Sequence record: OZ035800.1
Reading direction: 5' to 3' (one strand)
Length of the DNA: 64,000 bases
From: Felixounavirus LF82P5
Part shown: positions 29,956 to 40,179 of the stretch, in pieces
Numbering within the stretch: the first letter of the stretch is position 1
How the letters are laid out: every line of letters starts with the position of its first letter
Made by a program: the position numbers and the translations under genes
Notes under the pieces: model-generated
Told to the model about the DNA's origin: nothing
Seen by the model: only the letters and a program-made list of their open reading frames with translations
The model's database searches: none

Positions 29956-30051
29956 TTATTCTGGCAAATGGACTAAGGTATAACTCCAATTGGTATCACT
30001 GAAGAAGAACTTCATAAGTTCTGTATTAAACTTTAATGAGAGAGACTAAAA

Positions 30052-30318
30052 ATGGGAATTTTAGGTAATATGAAAGCTGGATTCTTGAAGGCACTGGAAA
30101 AAGCAGCAGCAATTGTTTCTATGACTGGAAAGCAGGTCGGTGTAGATGCTTCAGCGGTTGCACAGGTTCTTGCAAGCCAAATTGAACAGCAGCCTTACAT
30201 CTACGTAGGACGTGGTAAAGGTGGTAAGAAACAAGCCCACCGCCAATCTGGTGCAGCAGCTATTAAACGAGCAGCTAAGAAAGCTCGTAACCGTAAACGT
30301 AACAAGAAGGTTAAATAA
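30052..30318 (+). CDS. hypothetical protein with basic C-terminus
   Basis: 88 aa ending in a Lys/Arg-rich tail. Confidence 0.4.
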   Translation: MGILGNMKAGFLKALEKAAAIVSMTGKQVGVDASAVAQVLASQIEQQPYIYVGRGKGGKKQAHRQSGAAAIKRAAKKARNRKRNKKVK

Positions 30319-30320
30319 CC

Positions 30321-30641
30321 ATGAGCAAAGTTTATAACACTCGTAAATTACAGATTTTCGTACTGTGCCAGTTTATGGCTAAAGAATACAACTTCTACTA
30401 TTGTGGTACAGGTTTTATTAGCGATGATGATGGCTCATACCTCCCATTCAAAGAAGCTGTAAAACTCTTTAATGAAGAGAAAAGCTCTAAGAAAGATATT
30501 GAAAAGGTTAAGCTAACCTACAGCAAGAAAGATAAGAAGATTATCTGCCTAGATAACTTTGTGAAAGTTACTAGAGAAGCAAAAGAGTTTATGGATGAGA
30601 GTGATATTTCATTCACAAGCATCTTGAAAGTAGCTCAGTAA
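30321..30641 (+). CDS. hypothetical protein
   Basis: 106-aa ORF. Confidence 0.4.
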   Translation: MSKVYNTRKLQIFVLCQFMAKEYNFYYCGTGFISDDDGSYLPFKEAVKLFNEEKSSKKDIEKVKLTYSKKDKKIICLDNFVKVTREAKEFMDESDISFTSILKVAQ

Positions 30642-30692
30642 ACAGATACTATAAGGGGACTGTAAAGGTTCCCTTTTTATTTTGGAGGTAAA

Positions 30693-31208
30693 ATGTATCT
30701 GTCAAACCTGAAACGTTCGGTTGCAATGTCAGTTCTAAGACTCAGCTTTGATGAGCGTCAAGAGTTTATAGACTCCCACAAATATGACCCTTCAAATTCT
30801 AATCACATGGTTCTTTGGAATCGTGATAACTTCCGTGAAAGAGCACTTGTCCGTTATTACCCACACTACACAATAGATAACCTGTATGAATGGTGTGTTG
30901 TGAAGAACACCATTGCAACACTGAACAATCTTTGCAGGTATACGGGTAAGCAAACATTTACATTAGGTCATCACAAACCTGTTACAAAAGGTGGTGAACA
31001 TCACTGTGCAAACTGGTTTATCCAAACTAAAACTGATAACCAGAAGCAAGGAGATAGCCTCCTAAGTATCCCTAAGATGACCTATGAAGAGCAAGAGAAA
31101 TATATCAAAAATAATATGCCAGATGTGCTTGACAACAACTATACAGATTTGGCAATATCTCTCCTGTTGAAGTTCGAGACAGTTTATAGGGCAACTTATA
31201 ATGGCTAA
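30693..31208 (+). CDS. HNH-like endonuclease
   Basis: TLGHHKPVTKGGEHHCANWFIQTKTDNQKQGD resembles HNH (His-His...Asn...Asn) nuclease motifs. Confidence 0.45.
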   Translation: MYLSNLKRSVAMSVLRLSFDERQEFIDSHKYDPSNSNHMVLWNRDNFRERALVRYYPHYTIDNLYEWCVVKNTIATLNNLCRYTGKQTFTLGHHKPVTKGGEHHCANWFIQTKTDNQKQGDSLLSIPKMTYEEQEKYIKNNMPDVLDNNYTDLAISLLLKFETVYRATYNG

Positions 31209-31479
31209 AGAAAAGTGGGAGATTTTACCATTAGTCAGTGAAGGAGGTAATGGTTGTGAAATGTACATGATACGTGGTCATGTTCCAGAGCCAATTGCAC
31301 TTGAGATGGTAAACAACTTTACAGATGGTTCTTACAAAGACTTAGGCGAACCAACTGTCAAGCAACAATGGGTTAAACCTGTACCAGACAGCACAGGTAA
31401 CTGTAGTGTACTTTATCACGTTGTAGACCCTGCAAAATGCAAATCTGCAATGGCAGTAACAAACGTAACTTTTGATTGA
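31201..31479 (+). CDS. hypothetical protein
   Basis: 92-aa ORF. Confidence 0.4.
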   Translation: MAKEKWEILPLVSEGGNGCEMYMIRGHVPEPIALEMVNNFTDGSYKDLGEPTVKQQWVKPVPDSTGNCSVLYHVVDPAKCKSAMAVTNVTFD

Positions 31480-31490
31480 GAGAGAAAACT

Positions 31491-32372
31491 ATGAAAACAT
31501 CTATCCGTGTTACAGTTCATTCACCAACTAAAGGAACTCATGAAGAAGAGTTTAACATCATCCAATTTCCTTCTGGTGAGATTGGTGGACACTTTTCTCC
31601 AGAGTTTGTTGATTTCACTGCTTATGCAGCATCATCCATCAACAATGTGATTATGATTGTAAAAGGTTATGATAAGGATACATTGTTTGCTGTGGCACTT
31701 GCTAAAGAAGCAATTGATGATTTAATTCCTCATGATTATGCTTTAAAGACTGTCATCTTTTACTACTTACCAAATGCACGTTATGACCGTCACATGTTTA
31801 AAGGCGACGCAGCAGCTTTAAAGGTTTTTGCTAAACAGGTAAATGCAATGGGATTTGGTGCAGTCTGTGCAGTTGACCCTCACAGTTACGTTCCAGATAA
31901 CCTGTTTAACTGCTTCCAGAGTATTCCTCAAAAGGAGATTGCAGTTCACTACGCAAATGACCCACTGATTGATTACTTAGTAGCCCCAGATGCAGGTGCT
32001 GCTAAGAAGATTGCAGAGACTGCTAAAGAGGTGGATAAACCATACATCACAATGTCTAAGGTGCGTAACCTTAAGACTGGTGAAATTACTGGTATGCGAA
32101 TCCTTGACGATGTTGATTTGACAGATAAAACTGTCATGATTCTGGATGATATTTGTGATGGAGGTCGAACCTTCATAGAAGCAGCCAAACATCTTCGTGA
32201 AGCAGGTGCAAAACGTGTGGAACTCTATGTAACTCATGGTATTTTCTCTAAAGATGTTGAAAACTTGCTTGACAATGGTATTGACCATATCTACACTACA
32301 AACTCTTTAGGGGAAGCTAAAGACCGTGGCTTAACACATTATAGCCAAGTTACTGTAGCAAACCTTGATTAA
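31491..32372 (+). CDS. prs: ribose-phosphate pyrophosphokinase (PRPP synthetase)
   Basis: PRTase-type motif MILDDICDGGRT and VDPHS-type element; start moved to ATG with GAGAGAG Shine-Dalgarno. Confidence 0.65.
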   Translation: MKTSIRVTVHSPTKGTHEEEFNIIQFPSGEIGGHFSPEFVDFTAYAASSINNVIMIVKGYDKDTLFAVALAKEAIDDLIPHDYALKTVIFYYLPNARYDRHMFKGDAAALKVFAKQVNAMGFGAVCAVDPHSYVPDNLFNCFQSIPQKEIAVHYANDPLIDYLVAPDAGAAKKIAETAKEVDKPYITMSKVRNLKTGEITGMRILDDVDLTDKTVMILDDICDGGRTFIEAAKHLREAGAKRVELYVTHGIFSKDVENLLDNGIDHIYTTNSLGEAKDRGLTHYSQVTVANLD

Positions 32373-32381
32373 AACTTTATA

Positions 32382-32402
32382 GGGGCTTCCAAGCCCCATT
32401 TT
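32382..32402 (+). terminator. hairpin (weak terminator)
   Basis: GGGGCTT-CC-AAGCCCC hairpin followed by ATTTTG. Confidence 0.35.
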
Positions 32403-32417
32403 GAGAGAGATTAAAAG

Positions 32418-34199
32418 ATGACTAAATCACTTTATGCAGTACCAGCAGGTTTAAATGCAGATGCTTACAAATCTGGTCATGTTTACCAGTATCCTAGCGC
32501 AACAGAGTACTTGATGTTCAATCTGACACCACGTAGCGACAAATGGTTTAACAGCCCCTTAGCAATTGACGGTGTAGTGGCTTTTGGTATTCAACGTTTT
32601 GTTAAAGATTACTTGATAGACCACTGGAATGCCACTTTCTTTGAACGTGATAAAAAAGAAGCAATTGACGAAATCTTAGAAGTCATGAATGGTGTTCTGG
32701 GCAAAGATGCTATCGGTCGAGAGCATTGGGAAGCACTCCACGATTTAGGTTATCTACCAGTTGAAGTATATGCTGTAGAAGAAGGTACAGTTGTCCCGAT
32801 GCGTGTCCCAATGATTGTCTTCCAGAACACTGTTTCAGGCTTCCATTGGGTAGCAGGTTATCTGGAAGATGCTTTCTCTGCTGAGATTTGGAAGGCTTGC
32901 ACCATTGCGACTATTGCATTGCACTACAAACGTATATGTAAGAAGTGGGCTGACCTTACTTGTGACAATGACCTACATTTACCTTATCAGTGTCACGACT
33001 TTGCTATGCGTGGTATGTCCGGCTTTACTGATGACGCATTTAACGCTGTAGGTCACTTAACCAGCTTTAAAGGAACCGATAGCTTCCCTGCTGTATACAC
33101 GGCTAAACGCATCTATGGACAGTCTTACCCAATCTCTGATATTGGTAGTTCTGTACCAGCCACTGAACACTCTGTAATGTGTGCAAACATTGCTTGGGAA
33201 GGTGGTAATGAGTTGATTGAAGAAGAAAGACGCTTTAAAGGTGAGTTACAAACCTTCCGTCGTTTCTTAACAGAAACTTACCCAACAGGTATTGCAAGCA
33301 TTGTTTCAGATACTTATAACTTCTGGAGAACTGTGTCAGAAATCTTACCAGCACTTCGTAAAGAAATTATGGAACGTGATGGCAAACTGGTAATTCGCCC
33401 TGACTCTGGAGACCCTGTACATATTGTCACAGGTTATAAAGCAATCCACTTAGAATGTGCTAAGAAGGCTTATTACGAGCACCTAAGCAAGCTGGAAGCC
33501 AGTGACACAATGTTGAATGCTGTTCTGAACATGAAGCTTGAGAACATCAACTATGGTATTGCTGGATGGCTACTGTCAGAAGGCTACGAGATGGTTGTTG
33601 ACAGAGAAGACTTTGAAGTTGCTGATACAGTGATGTTGAAAAATGCTTATATGGTTGGTTCTGCAAACGTTGTAACACGTCCTGTAGCTGAGATTGATGG
33701 AGCTATTAAGACACTGTACAACATCTTTGGGGGAACTATTAACTCTAAAGGCTTTAAAGTACTGGATGAGCATATTGGACTTATTTATGGCGACTCTATC
33801 ACGTTGGAACGTGCAAATGAAATACTGAAGCGTTTGTATGAAATGGGTTTTGCAAGCTCTAACGTAGTGTTTGGTGTAGGTTCTTACACTTACCAGTACA
33901 TGACTCGTGACACCTTTGCATTTGCTGTCAAAGCAACCCTTGCAAGCATTGGTGGTAAAGAGATTATGCTTGCAAAAGACCCTAAAACAGATAGTGGTGT
34001 TAAGAAGTCTGCTTTTGGTGGTGTAGCACCTATGTGGGATGGTGAAAATCTGAAAGCTGTAGATGGCTATGGGTTCCAGAGCTTTGCAGATGCACTTGAA
34101 CATCCAGCTTGTGCTTTACGTCTAGTCTTTAGTGACTCTGAGCAGTTCGGCTACACAACTCTTGGTGATATTCGAAATAATATTGACAAGCAGCTTTAA
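32418..34199 (+). CDS. nadV: nicotinamide/nicotinate phosphoribosyltransferase family protein (NadV-like)
   Basis: N-terminal DAYKSGH motif typical of the NAPRTase/NAMPT family; sits next to prs. Confidence 0.6.
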   Translation: MTKSLYAVPAGLNADAYKSGHVYQYPSATEYLMFNLTPRSDKWFNSPLAIDGVVAFGIQRFVKDYLIDHWNATFFERDKKEAIDEILEVMNGVLGKDAIGREHWEALHDLGYLPVEVYAVEEGTVVPMRVPMIVFQNTVSGFHWVAGYLEDAFSAEIWKACTIATIALHYKRICKKWADLTCDNDLHLPYQCHDFAMRGMSGFTDDAFNAVGHLTSFKGTDSFPAVYTAKRIYGQSYPISDIGSSVPATEHSVMCANIAWEGGNELIEEERRFKGELQTFRRFLTETYPTGIASIVSDTYNFWRTVSEILPALRKEIMERDGKLVIRPDSGDPVHIVTGYKAIHLECAKKAYYEHLSKLEASDTMLNAVLNMKLENINYGIAGWLLSEGYEMVVDREDFEVADTVMLKNAYMVGSANVVTRPVAEIDGAIKTLYNIFGGTINSKGFKVLDEHIGLIYGDSITLERANEILKRLYEMGFASSNVVFGVGSYTYQYMTRDTFAFAVKATLASIGGKEIMLAKDPKTDSGVKKSAFGGVAPMWDGENLKAVDGYGFQSFADALEHPACALRLVFSDSEQFGYTTLGDIRNNIDKQL

Positions 34200-34213
34200 A
34201 AGTATATGATAAG

Positions 34214-34235
34214 AGGCTCCTACGGGAGCCTTTTT
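34214..34235 (+). terminator. rho-independent terminator
   Basis: AGGCTCC-TACG-GGAGCCT hairpin followed by a T run. Confidence 0.6.
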
Positions 34236-34252
34236 AATTTCTGGAGAAAACT

Positions 34253-34588
34253 ATGAAAATCAAAGAGATGAACATCAACATTGTCTTAGAAGAACGTTGG
34301 GAGAACATCAAGAAGCCTGAAGATGGCCATAAGTTTCTTAACAAAATTTTAGTAGCAGCTAAAGAAGAACTGACTGGCAAGGTCGCAGCAGCAATTACAA
34401 TAAAGGTCTGTGTAAAAGGTCTTCCAGATAATCACCAATTTGCACTTGACGAGTTTAAAGAAAGCTTCTACAATCCAAACAAACAGATGCTTGAAAGTAA
34501 CTTTGCAGTATCTACAAGTATCGTCCATGACAGAAGCTTTATCCTTTACAAGAATATGAGAGGTGAGTCATGCAAGCATATTGGATAG
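34253..34588 (+). CDS. hypothetical protein
   Basis: 111-aa ORF. Confidence 0.45.
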   Translation: MKIKEMNINIVLEERWENIKKPEDGHKFLNKILVAAKEELTGKVAAAITIKVCVKGLPDNHQFALDEFKESFYNPNKQMLESNFAVSTSIVHDRSFILYKNMRGESCKHIG

Positions 34589-34746
34589 AAATTTTACTGT
34601 CACTTGGTGGCGTAGCAGTGTTTGTTTACCTTCTTTGTAAGTACTATGCAGAGCACAAAAAATGTGACTACTGTAATGGGGAAGGTTATACAAGAGCAGG
34701 TTGTTGCCCTATGTGTGGTGGTTCTGGTAAAATGTTTAACAAGTAA
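34570..34746 (+). CDS. small membrane-anchored zinc-ribbon protein
   Basis: 58-codon ORF (below track cutoff): hydrophobic helix then CDYCNGEGY...CPMCGGSG. Confidence 0.3.
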   Translation: MQAYWIEILLSLGGVAVFVYLLCKYYAEHKKCDYCNGEGYTRAGCCPMCGGSGKMFNK

Positions 34747-34774
34747 TTTAACAGTAAACTAAGAGGAAAGTATT

Positions 34775-37141
34775 ATGCGCATGGTAAACGACCACGCAGA
34801 AGTGATTAAGAGTTCAACTTCTTTAGAGACGTCTCAAGCACAGATTACAATGACACCTGAAATGTTCAGCCTTTTGAGTTCTGGTGTATATACCTTTAAA
34901 GAAAGGGCAGTGATTCGTGAACTGTCATGTAACGCAGTAGATGCTCAGAAAGAGGCTGGAAAAGAGAACATCCCGTTCCATGTGCATTTGCCTACTCGTT
35001 TTGAGCCTTACTTTGAAGTTCGTGATTTTGGAACTGGATTAACTCATGACAAAGTTATGAGCTTGTACCTAAACTACGGGGCTTCTACAAAGAATGACTC
35101 CAATGACTACATTGGTGCAATGGGTATCGGCTCAAAGTCACCATTTGCAATTGCTCAGTCATTCACAGTATCTAGCTATGTTGATGGTGTTGTTAATAAG
35201 TACTCTGTTTACCTTGAGAATGGTATCCCTCAAGTAACTAAGCTGACAACTAACCCAACAAAAGAACCTAATGGTTTAGCTGTACGTGTGGCAGTTGCTG
35301 ACCACCGTATCTCAAAGTTCTTTGAAGAGGCTGGTCACGTATACTCATACTTTGCTGTAAAACCAGAGAGTAATGTGGAGTATAATGATATATTAGCAGA
35401 TATGGATGTGATTGCTCGTGAAGAAGGTGTCTATGATGCCATGACTCATAAGCATAGCTGGCGTTCAAGCAGCAATAGAACAGAGTTTAACGTGGTTATG
35501 GGTAATATTGCCTACCCAGTTAATATGGAGGCATTACTTGGTGATGATTTCTTCAAAGTATTACCAGAATTTTTCCGCAGGAGCATAGACCTTGTAAACA
35601 TCTACATGCCTATTGGTTCAGTTGCTATTGCAGCTTCTCGTGAAGCATTGCAGATGAATGACACGACAAAAAATGTTATCATCGAGGCTACTAAAAAGAT
35701 AACTGAAGCAATTACAAAGGATGTTATCAAGAAAGTTAATAGTCAACCTACACTCATGGATGCTGCACAGGCTTATGCTGAGTTACGCTTAAACTCACGA
35801 GAGATGTTTAATGTTGTGTGTCCAAAGCTAGAGTGGGGAGGTGTTAAGCTTGATTCTCTGGAAGAAGAATTACTAAACATTCGTCGTGGAATTATCTACG
35901 CAGAAGACGGCTCAGTCATTTATGAACGTGACGGCAAAGGCAATATTAAGGTTGATAGGAACGGGAACAATATTCCTAAAGTAGATTATCTTTATGACCC
36001 AGTTGCTTATGTCAAATTCAACTCTTTAGAGAGTAAGATTCGTGCAACATCGCTTTCCTACACTCAAGAGGCAAGCATGTTCAATATCTTTGGCGCAATG
36101 CGTAAAAGCCAAATTGAACAGTTTTTGTTTGTTATAAATGACCGTCGCAATAAAAACGGTACTGAGAAGACTGTAGGACGCAATCAAATCTTGCGTGGTG
36201 CATGTCGAGACTATGCCAGTGAGTCTAGTCTGTTTCACAGATACAATGGTATTGTATTTGTATTCTCGACTGAAAAAGAGCTAGATGACTTAGTCAATCT
36301 ACACAAACTTGATAAAAGCTTGTTAAAGATTGTGAAGATGTCTGAGAAGGAACACCATTATCAGCGTAAAGAAGCTGTAAGAGGTGTTGTAAAACTCTGG
36401 AAAGCTGTTCCAGCAGAAGGTGTAGCTTCCTATAAAGAGGTTTCAGAGGACTTTGATACAATTGAAGAGCCTCAGCTTTACATTAAGGCAGTTGGTGATA
36501 CAGTTGATGGTAGATGTTTTTGCTCATCTCCAGAAGATGTAGCTAAGTCAGTTGCTAATGTTACAGGTAAGACAGTCTATGTTTTCCGAAAAGCAAATTG
36601 GAAAAAGATACCAGAAGATTGGATTGAAGTAGATGAGAAACTCTTGAACGACAGCTTAACTGATGTTCACTGGATTAACCATAACAGATATATGACGCGT
36701 ATCTATATGAATGGTGTCCTTGACCTTACAAGCAGTTGGATTATTGCCAGAAACTTTACGTTTAATAACAGGAAGATTTCTCGCGGGTATTGTTATTCAA
36801 GGGATACTATTAAGACAATCTTCTTAGAAGGGAATGAAGATGCTGTTGAGGCAATGTTTGGTAAGATTCAGTATGTGGCTGCACCGTTTGCATACACTTA
36901 CACTATCAGTGTTCTTCAGGATTTGAAGTCATGCCTTGATAATGACACAAAACTGTACAAAAAGATTAAGAAAGCAGGTGACCGCATGGTTATCAAGCTG
37001 ACAAACTATCTTTCAAAAAGAAAACAAGAAAACTTCTTGCTTTCACACTTAGATTGGAATAAAGTATCACCTATCGAAGTGAGTAAGTTTTTAGGCTTTG
37101 ATGTGAAGTGTGTTCCAGAAGGGACTACAATTTACGATTAA
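34775..37141 (+). CDS. rIIA: rIIA-like protein with GHKL-type ATPase domain
   Basis: 788 aa; Bergerat-fold motifs N-box ELSCNAVDA, G1 DFGTGL, G2 GAMGIGSKS at the N-terminus; followed by an rIIB-sized gene. Confidence 0.55.
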   Translation: MRMVNDHAEVIKSSTSLETSQAQITMTPEMFSLLSSGVYTFKERAVIRELSCNAVDAQKEAGKENIPFHVHLPTRFEPYFEVRDFGTGLTHDKVMSLYLNYGASTKNDSNDYIGAMGIGSKSPFAIAQSFTVSSYVDGVVNKYSVYLENGIPQVTKLTTNPTKEPNGLAVRVAVADHRISKFFEEAGHVYSYFAVKPESNVEYNDILADMDVIAREEGVYDAMTHKHSWRSSSNRTEFNVVMGNIAYPVNMEALLGDDFFKVLPEFFRRSIDLVNIYMPIGSVAIAASREALQMNDTTKNVIIEATKKITEAITKDVIKKVNSQPTLMDAAQAYAELRLNSREMFNVVCPKLEWGGVKLDSLEEELLNIRRGIIYAEDGSVIYERDGKGNIKVDRNGNNIPKVDYLYDPVAYVKFNSLESKIRATSLSYTQEASMFNIFGAMRKSQIEQFLFVINDRRNKNGTEKTVGRNQILRGACRDYASESSLFHRYNGIVFVFSTEKELDDLVNLHKLDKSLLKIVKMSEKEHHYQRKEAVRGVVKLWKAVPAEGVASYKEVSEDFDTIEEPQLYIKAVGDTVDGRCFCSSPEDVAKSVANVTGKTVYVFRKANWKKIPEDWIEVDEKLLNDSLTDVHWINHNRYMTRIYMNGVLDLTSSWIIARNFTFNNRKISRGYCYSRDTIKTIFLEGNEDAVEAMFGKIQYVAAPFAYTYTISVLQDLKSCLDNDTKLYKKIKKAGDRMVIKLTNYLSKRKQENFLLSHLDWNKVSPIEVSKFLGFDVKCVPEGTTIYD

Positions 37142-37220
37142 AGTGTTTGACAAGGGGCTTCAAAGCCCCTTAGAATAGCCTCACAAATTGATTGATTAAC
37201 TAACAAGAGAGAGTAATAAG

Positions 37221-38330
37221 ATGACTACTAAAACTAAAGCACAGATTGACGCAGAAATTTACAAACTGGTTAAAGAAGGTAAGCTGACCAAAACAGCTAT
37301 TGCACAGAAATTTAACACTTCAACCCGTTCAGTTGGTCGTGCTGTAGAGCGTCATGAAGCAACCTTAAAAGGGAAGAAGAAGGTGACTTCTACACCAGCT
37401 ACGAAGACTTTGAAGCAAGTTGCTAAGACTTTTAAAAAGAAAGCTGGCAAACCAGTTGAAAAGGTCGTTAAAGACGCTGTACAGAAAGCTCCAGTAAATA
37501 AACTGCACGAAGCTATGCAGAAAGATGACAAGATTGAGTACATGATTACTGGTGATTCTGTAATTATGACTTATGGTTCAGAATCTGAAATTGTTGAGTC
37601 TACTCATCCGAACTATCAAGAGATTGTAGTTCATGTTGTGAAAGGTGAGTTCAAGAAAGCATTTGAACTGATGAACATTCGTAAGTCTATCGAAAACTTC
37701 ACTCAGGGTGCTATCACAATCAAAGGCGACAAGCTATTCTACGGTGCTGTTGAGATGCGTTCTACTCTGGTTGACCGTATTCTTCACATGATGAAAACTG
37801 GCGATAAAGGTTTTGAACGACTTGTAATGTTCTTCGAAAAACTGATGGAAAACCCATCTAAAGATTCTGTAGAACAACTTTGGGGATTTGTATCTCACCT
37901 TGATGTTGAAATTGATGAAGAAGGCTACATCATTGGTTGGAAGAAAGTCTCTACTCGTGAAGGCAAGCTGGTTGACTCTCACACCTACAAAGTGCCTAAT
38001 GATTTGGGTAACATTGTAGAAATGCCACGTTGGATGGTTGATAATAACCGTAACGTAACTTGCTCTCAAGGTCTTCATGTTGGTGCTTGGGATTATGTTC
38101 GTTGCTTCTCAGGTGATACAATCCTGAAGGTTCGCGTACATCCACGAGATGTTGTATCTGTTCCAACTGATTACAACGATATGAAGATGCGTTCCTCTCG
38201 TTATGAAGTTGCAGCAATCGTTGATAATCAACGTAAAGTGCTGGAAGCATGGGACGGTAAGACTGAAGCTTTGCATGTCATCGTTGGCACTGCTGGTGAA
38301 CTCATCTCTCAACGTAAACGTGAAATCTAA
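37221..38330 (+). CDS. rIIB: rIIB-like protein
   Basis: 369 aa directly downstream of the rIIA-like gene; N-terminal HTH-like segment and Lys-rich linker; assignment by context. Confidence 0.45.
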   Translation: MTTKTKAQIDAEIYKLVKEGKLTKTAIAQKFNTSTRSVGRAVERHEATLKGKKKVTSTPATKTLKQVAKTFKKKAGKPVEKVVKDAVQKAPVNKLHEAMQKDDKIEYMITGDSVIMTYGSESEIVESTHPNYQEIVVHVVKGEFKKAFELMNIRKSIENFTQGAITIKGDKLFYGAVEMRSTLVDRILHMMKTGDKGFERLVMFFEKLMENPSKDSVEQLWGFVSHLDVEIDEEGYIIGWKKVSTREGKLVDSHTYKVPNDLGNIVEMPRWMVDNNRNVTCSQGLHVGAWDYVRCFSGDTILKVRVHPRDVVSVPTDYNDMKMRSSRYEVAAIVDNQRKVLEAWDGKTEALHVIVGTAGELISQRKREI

Positions 38331-38345
38331 TAAGTAATTTCTTAA

Positions 38346-38368
38346 AAGGCTGCTTCGGCGGCCTTTTT
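38346..38368 (+). terminator. rho-independent terminator
   Basis: GGCTGC-TTCG-GCGGCC hairpin followed by TTTTTT. Confidence 0.55.
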
Positions 38369-38370
38369 TA

Positions 38371-38398
38371 TTTGTATTTTGTGCAGAGTGCTGTATAA
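38371..38398 (+). promoter_or_regulatory. sigma70-like promoter
   Basis: Perfect -10 TATAAT with a weak -35; the spacer contains the TTGTGCAG motif also found in the 42540-42719 repeats. Confidence 0.4.
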
Positions 38399-38430
38399 TT
38401 GTTGTCACGATAAACTAAACAGGAGAACCA

Positions 38431-38979
38431 ATGAAGAAATTGATTCTAGGTTTGTGCTTAATGTTTACAGCACACTTATCTTATGCAGTTGACTGCCCAG
38501 AGCTATCAATTAGCCAAAAAGTGAACATGTTAAAAGCTTACCAGTATGGTGAGAATAACATGGGTAAAGGTTGGGGTATCACTCTAGCAGCTATAGCCTT
38601 ACAAGAGTCAGAGTTAGGTCTGAAGGTAGAAAATAAAAAGACCCATGACTATGGTATCTTCCAGAATCACTTGAAGACTGTTGTAAAGCGTAACAAAATT
38701 AGTCCTAATGTTGCTAAAAAGAAACTCTTAAAAGACTTTGACTATGCTGCGAAGGAAACTCACAAAGAGCTTGAGTTTTGGACAAAGGTGCATGGTCAGC
38801 CAAAGTCAAAGAAGACTTTACAAAAAGTTTTAGCATCATATAATGCTGGGTATTCGTACAGAATCCCTAAAGCTAAGAAATATTCTCAAGATGTCTATAA
38901 CAACATGAAAGTTATTGCTCAATGTGAATTTGCAACAAACATTTCTAAGGTAAACCATGAAAAAATTAAAAAAGTCTGA
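38431..38979 (+). CDS. secreted lytic transglycosylase-like protein
   Basis: Signal peptide MKKLILGLCLMFTAHLSYA; SLT-like catalytic segment ALQESELG...YGIFQN. Confidence 0.5.
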   Translation: MKKLILGLCLMFTAHLSYAVDCPELSISQKVNMLKAYQYGENNMGKGWGITLAAIALQESELGLKVENKKTHDYGIFQNHLKTVVKRNKISPNVAKKKLLKDFDYAAKETHKELEFWTKVHGQPKSKKTLQKVLASYNAGYSYRIPKAKKYSQDVYNNMKVIAQCEFATNISKVNHEKIKKV

Positions 38980-39652
38980 TGAAGTACTGTGTCATGCTTA
39001 CGACTTACATCCTCATGAGTTAGGTCTTGATTCCTGTGTATGGACTCCAGAACAGTGTAGGGATTTTGAAGACACTGCAAGAGAAGTTGTATGTTCACTC
39101 GAAGAGTTCCACACATCAGAACCAATTGTGAATGTTGTAGATAAAGAGACTGGACAAACTATAGGTGTAAGTCGTGATAGCTTAGTCATAGTCAATAAAG
39201 ACCTTGTAGAAAAAGGGAATCTCATCTTAGCAGATATTGATGGTGTTCTTACAAATTTTAATCACGAAGATTGTTCAACGGAATTGACTGACGGTTCATT
39301 CTCGCAGTACACTAATCTTCTTGACTCTGTAAGAGCAAAACCAACGTATGTTTTCAATATCATTGATGCAATTGCTAATCATGCTGCTGTTGGACTCTTG
39401 ACAGCGAGAGGTGAATCTCAGAGAATACCTACTGAGATGTTTTTAAGGCATAACACAGAGCATGACTACATGCTTTTTATGCGTGGTTTTGGGACTAACT
39501 CTATAAGCGCAGAAAGTTTGAAAGTGAGGATGATTCAGTCTTGCATTCTGCCTTACTTTAATATAGTATGTTTTATAGAAGACACAGAGAAGAATGTGCA
39601 GAAGGTGAACAGAATCCTTCCACACATTAAAACCATGTTAGTTAAACATTGA
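38957..39652 (+). CDS. HAD-superfamily phosphatase (5'-nucleotidase-like)
   Basis: HAD motif I LILADIDGVLTNF (DxDGxL). Confidence 0.4.
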   Translation: MKKLKKSDEVLCHAYDLHPHELGLDSCVWTPEQCRDFEDTAREVVCSLEEFHTSEPIVNVVDKETGQTIGVSRDSLVIVNKDLVEKGNLILADIDGVLTNFNHEDCSTELTDGSFSQYTNLLDSVRAKPTYVFNIIDAIANHAAVGLLTARGESQRIPTEMFLRHNTEHDYMLFMRGFGTNSISAESLKVRMIQSCILPYFNIVCFIEDTEKNVQKVNRILPHIKTMLVKH

Positions 39653-39662
39653 GAGAAAACTT

Positions 39663-40127
39663 ATGAACAATATCATTACGGTAGCACTGGACGATACGGT
39701 AAACAAATCTGCAATAGTTCGTAAAATGATTCAAGGTAACTTTGAAGGTAAAATTTTTCGTGCTGTTAATGTAAAAGCTGATGGCAGCATTCGTGAATAT
39801 CGTGCATTATTGAATGTTAAAAAACACGTAAAAGGTGCTGGTTCAACTACTGCACACAAAGAAAACCTGATGACTATCTATGATATGGGCAAGGCTTCAG
39901 AGTTAGGTGCTGAAGGTATCGTTAAAGAAGGTGCTCCGTATCGCTCTTTCAATCTGGAAACTACTCTTATGCTTTCCTTTACAAGTGGTTCTAAAACAAT
40001 CACTTATCTCTTTACTGATGCTGCAACGGTATCTGCTATTAAGGATAGCACTGTCAAAGCTGGCGTAGTTGCTGCTGCAAAAGCTTCTTCGATGGCTGCG
40101 AATATCCTTGCTAAAGTCCTCGGTTAA
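39663..40127 (+). CDS. hypothetical protein
   Basis: 154-aa Ala/Lys-rich ORF followed by a terminator. Confidence 0.45.
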   Translation: MNNIITVALDDTVNKSAIVRKMIQGNFEGKIFRAVNVKADGSIREYRALLNVKKHVKGAGSTTAHKENLMTIYDMGKASELGAEGIVKEGAPYRSFNLETTLMLSFTSGSKTITYLFTDAATVSAIKDSTVKAGVVAAAKASSMAANILAKVLG

Positions 40128-40138
40128 GGTTAAGATAC

Positions 40139-40160
40139 AGGCTCCTTCGGGAGCCTTTTT
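40139..40160 (+). terminator. rho-independent terminator
   Basis: AGGCTCC-TTCG-GGAGCCT hairpin followed by TTTTT. Confidence 0.65.
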
Positions 40161-40179
40161 CATTTTAGGAGATTGTTAA

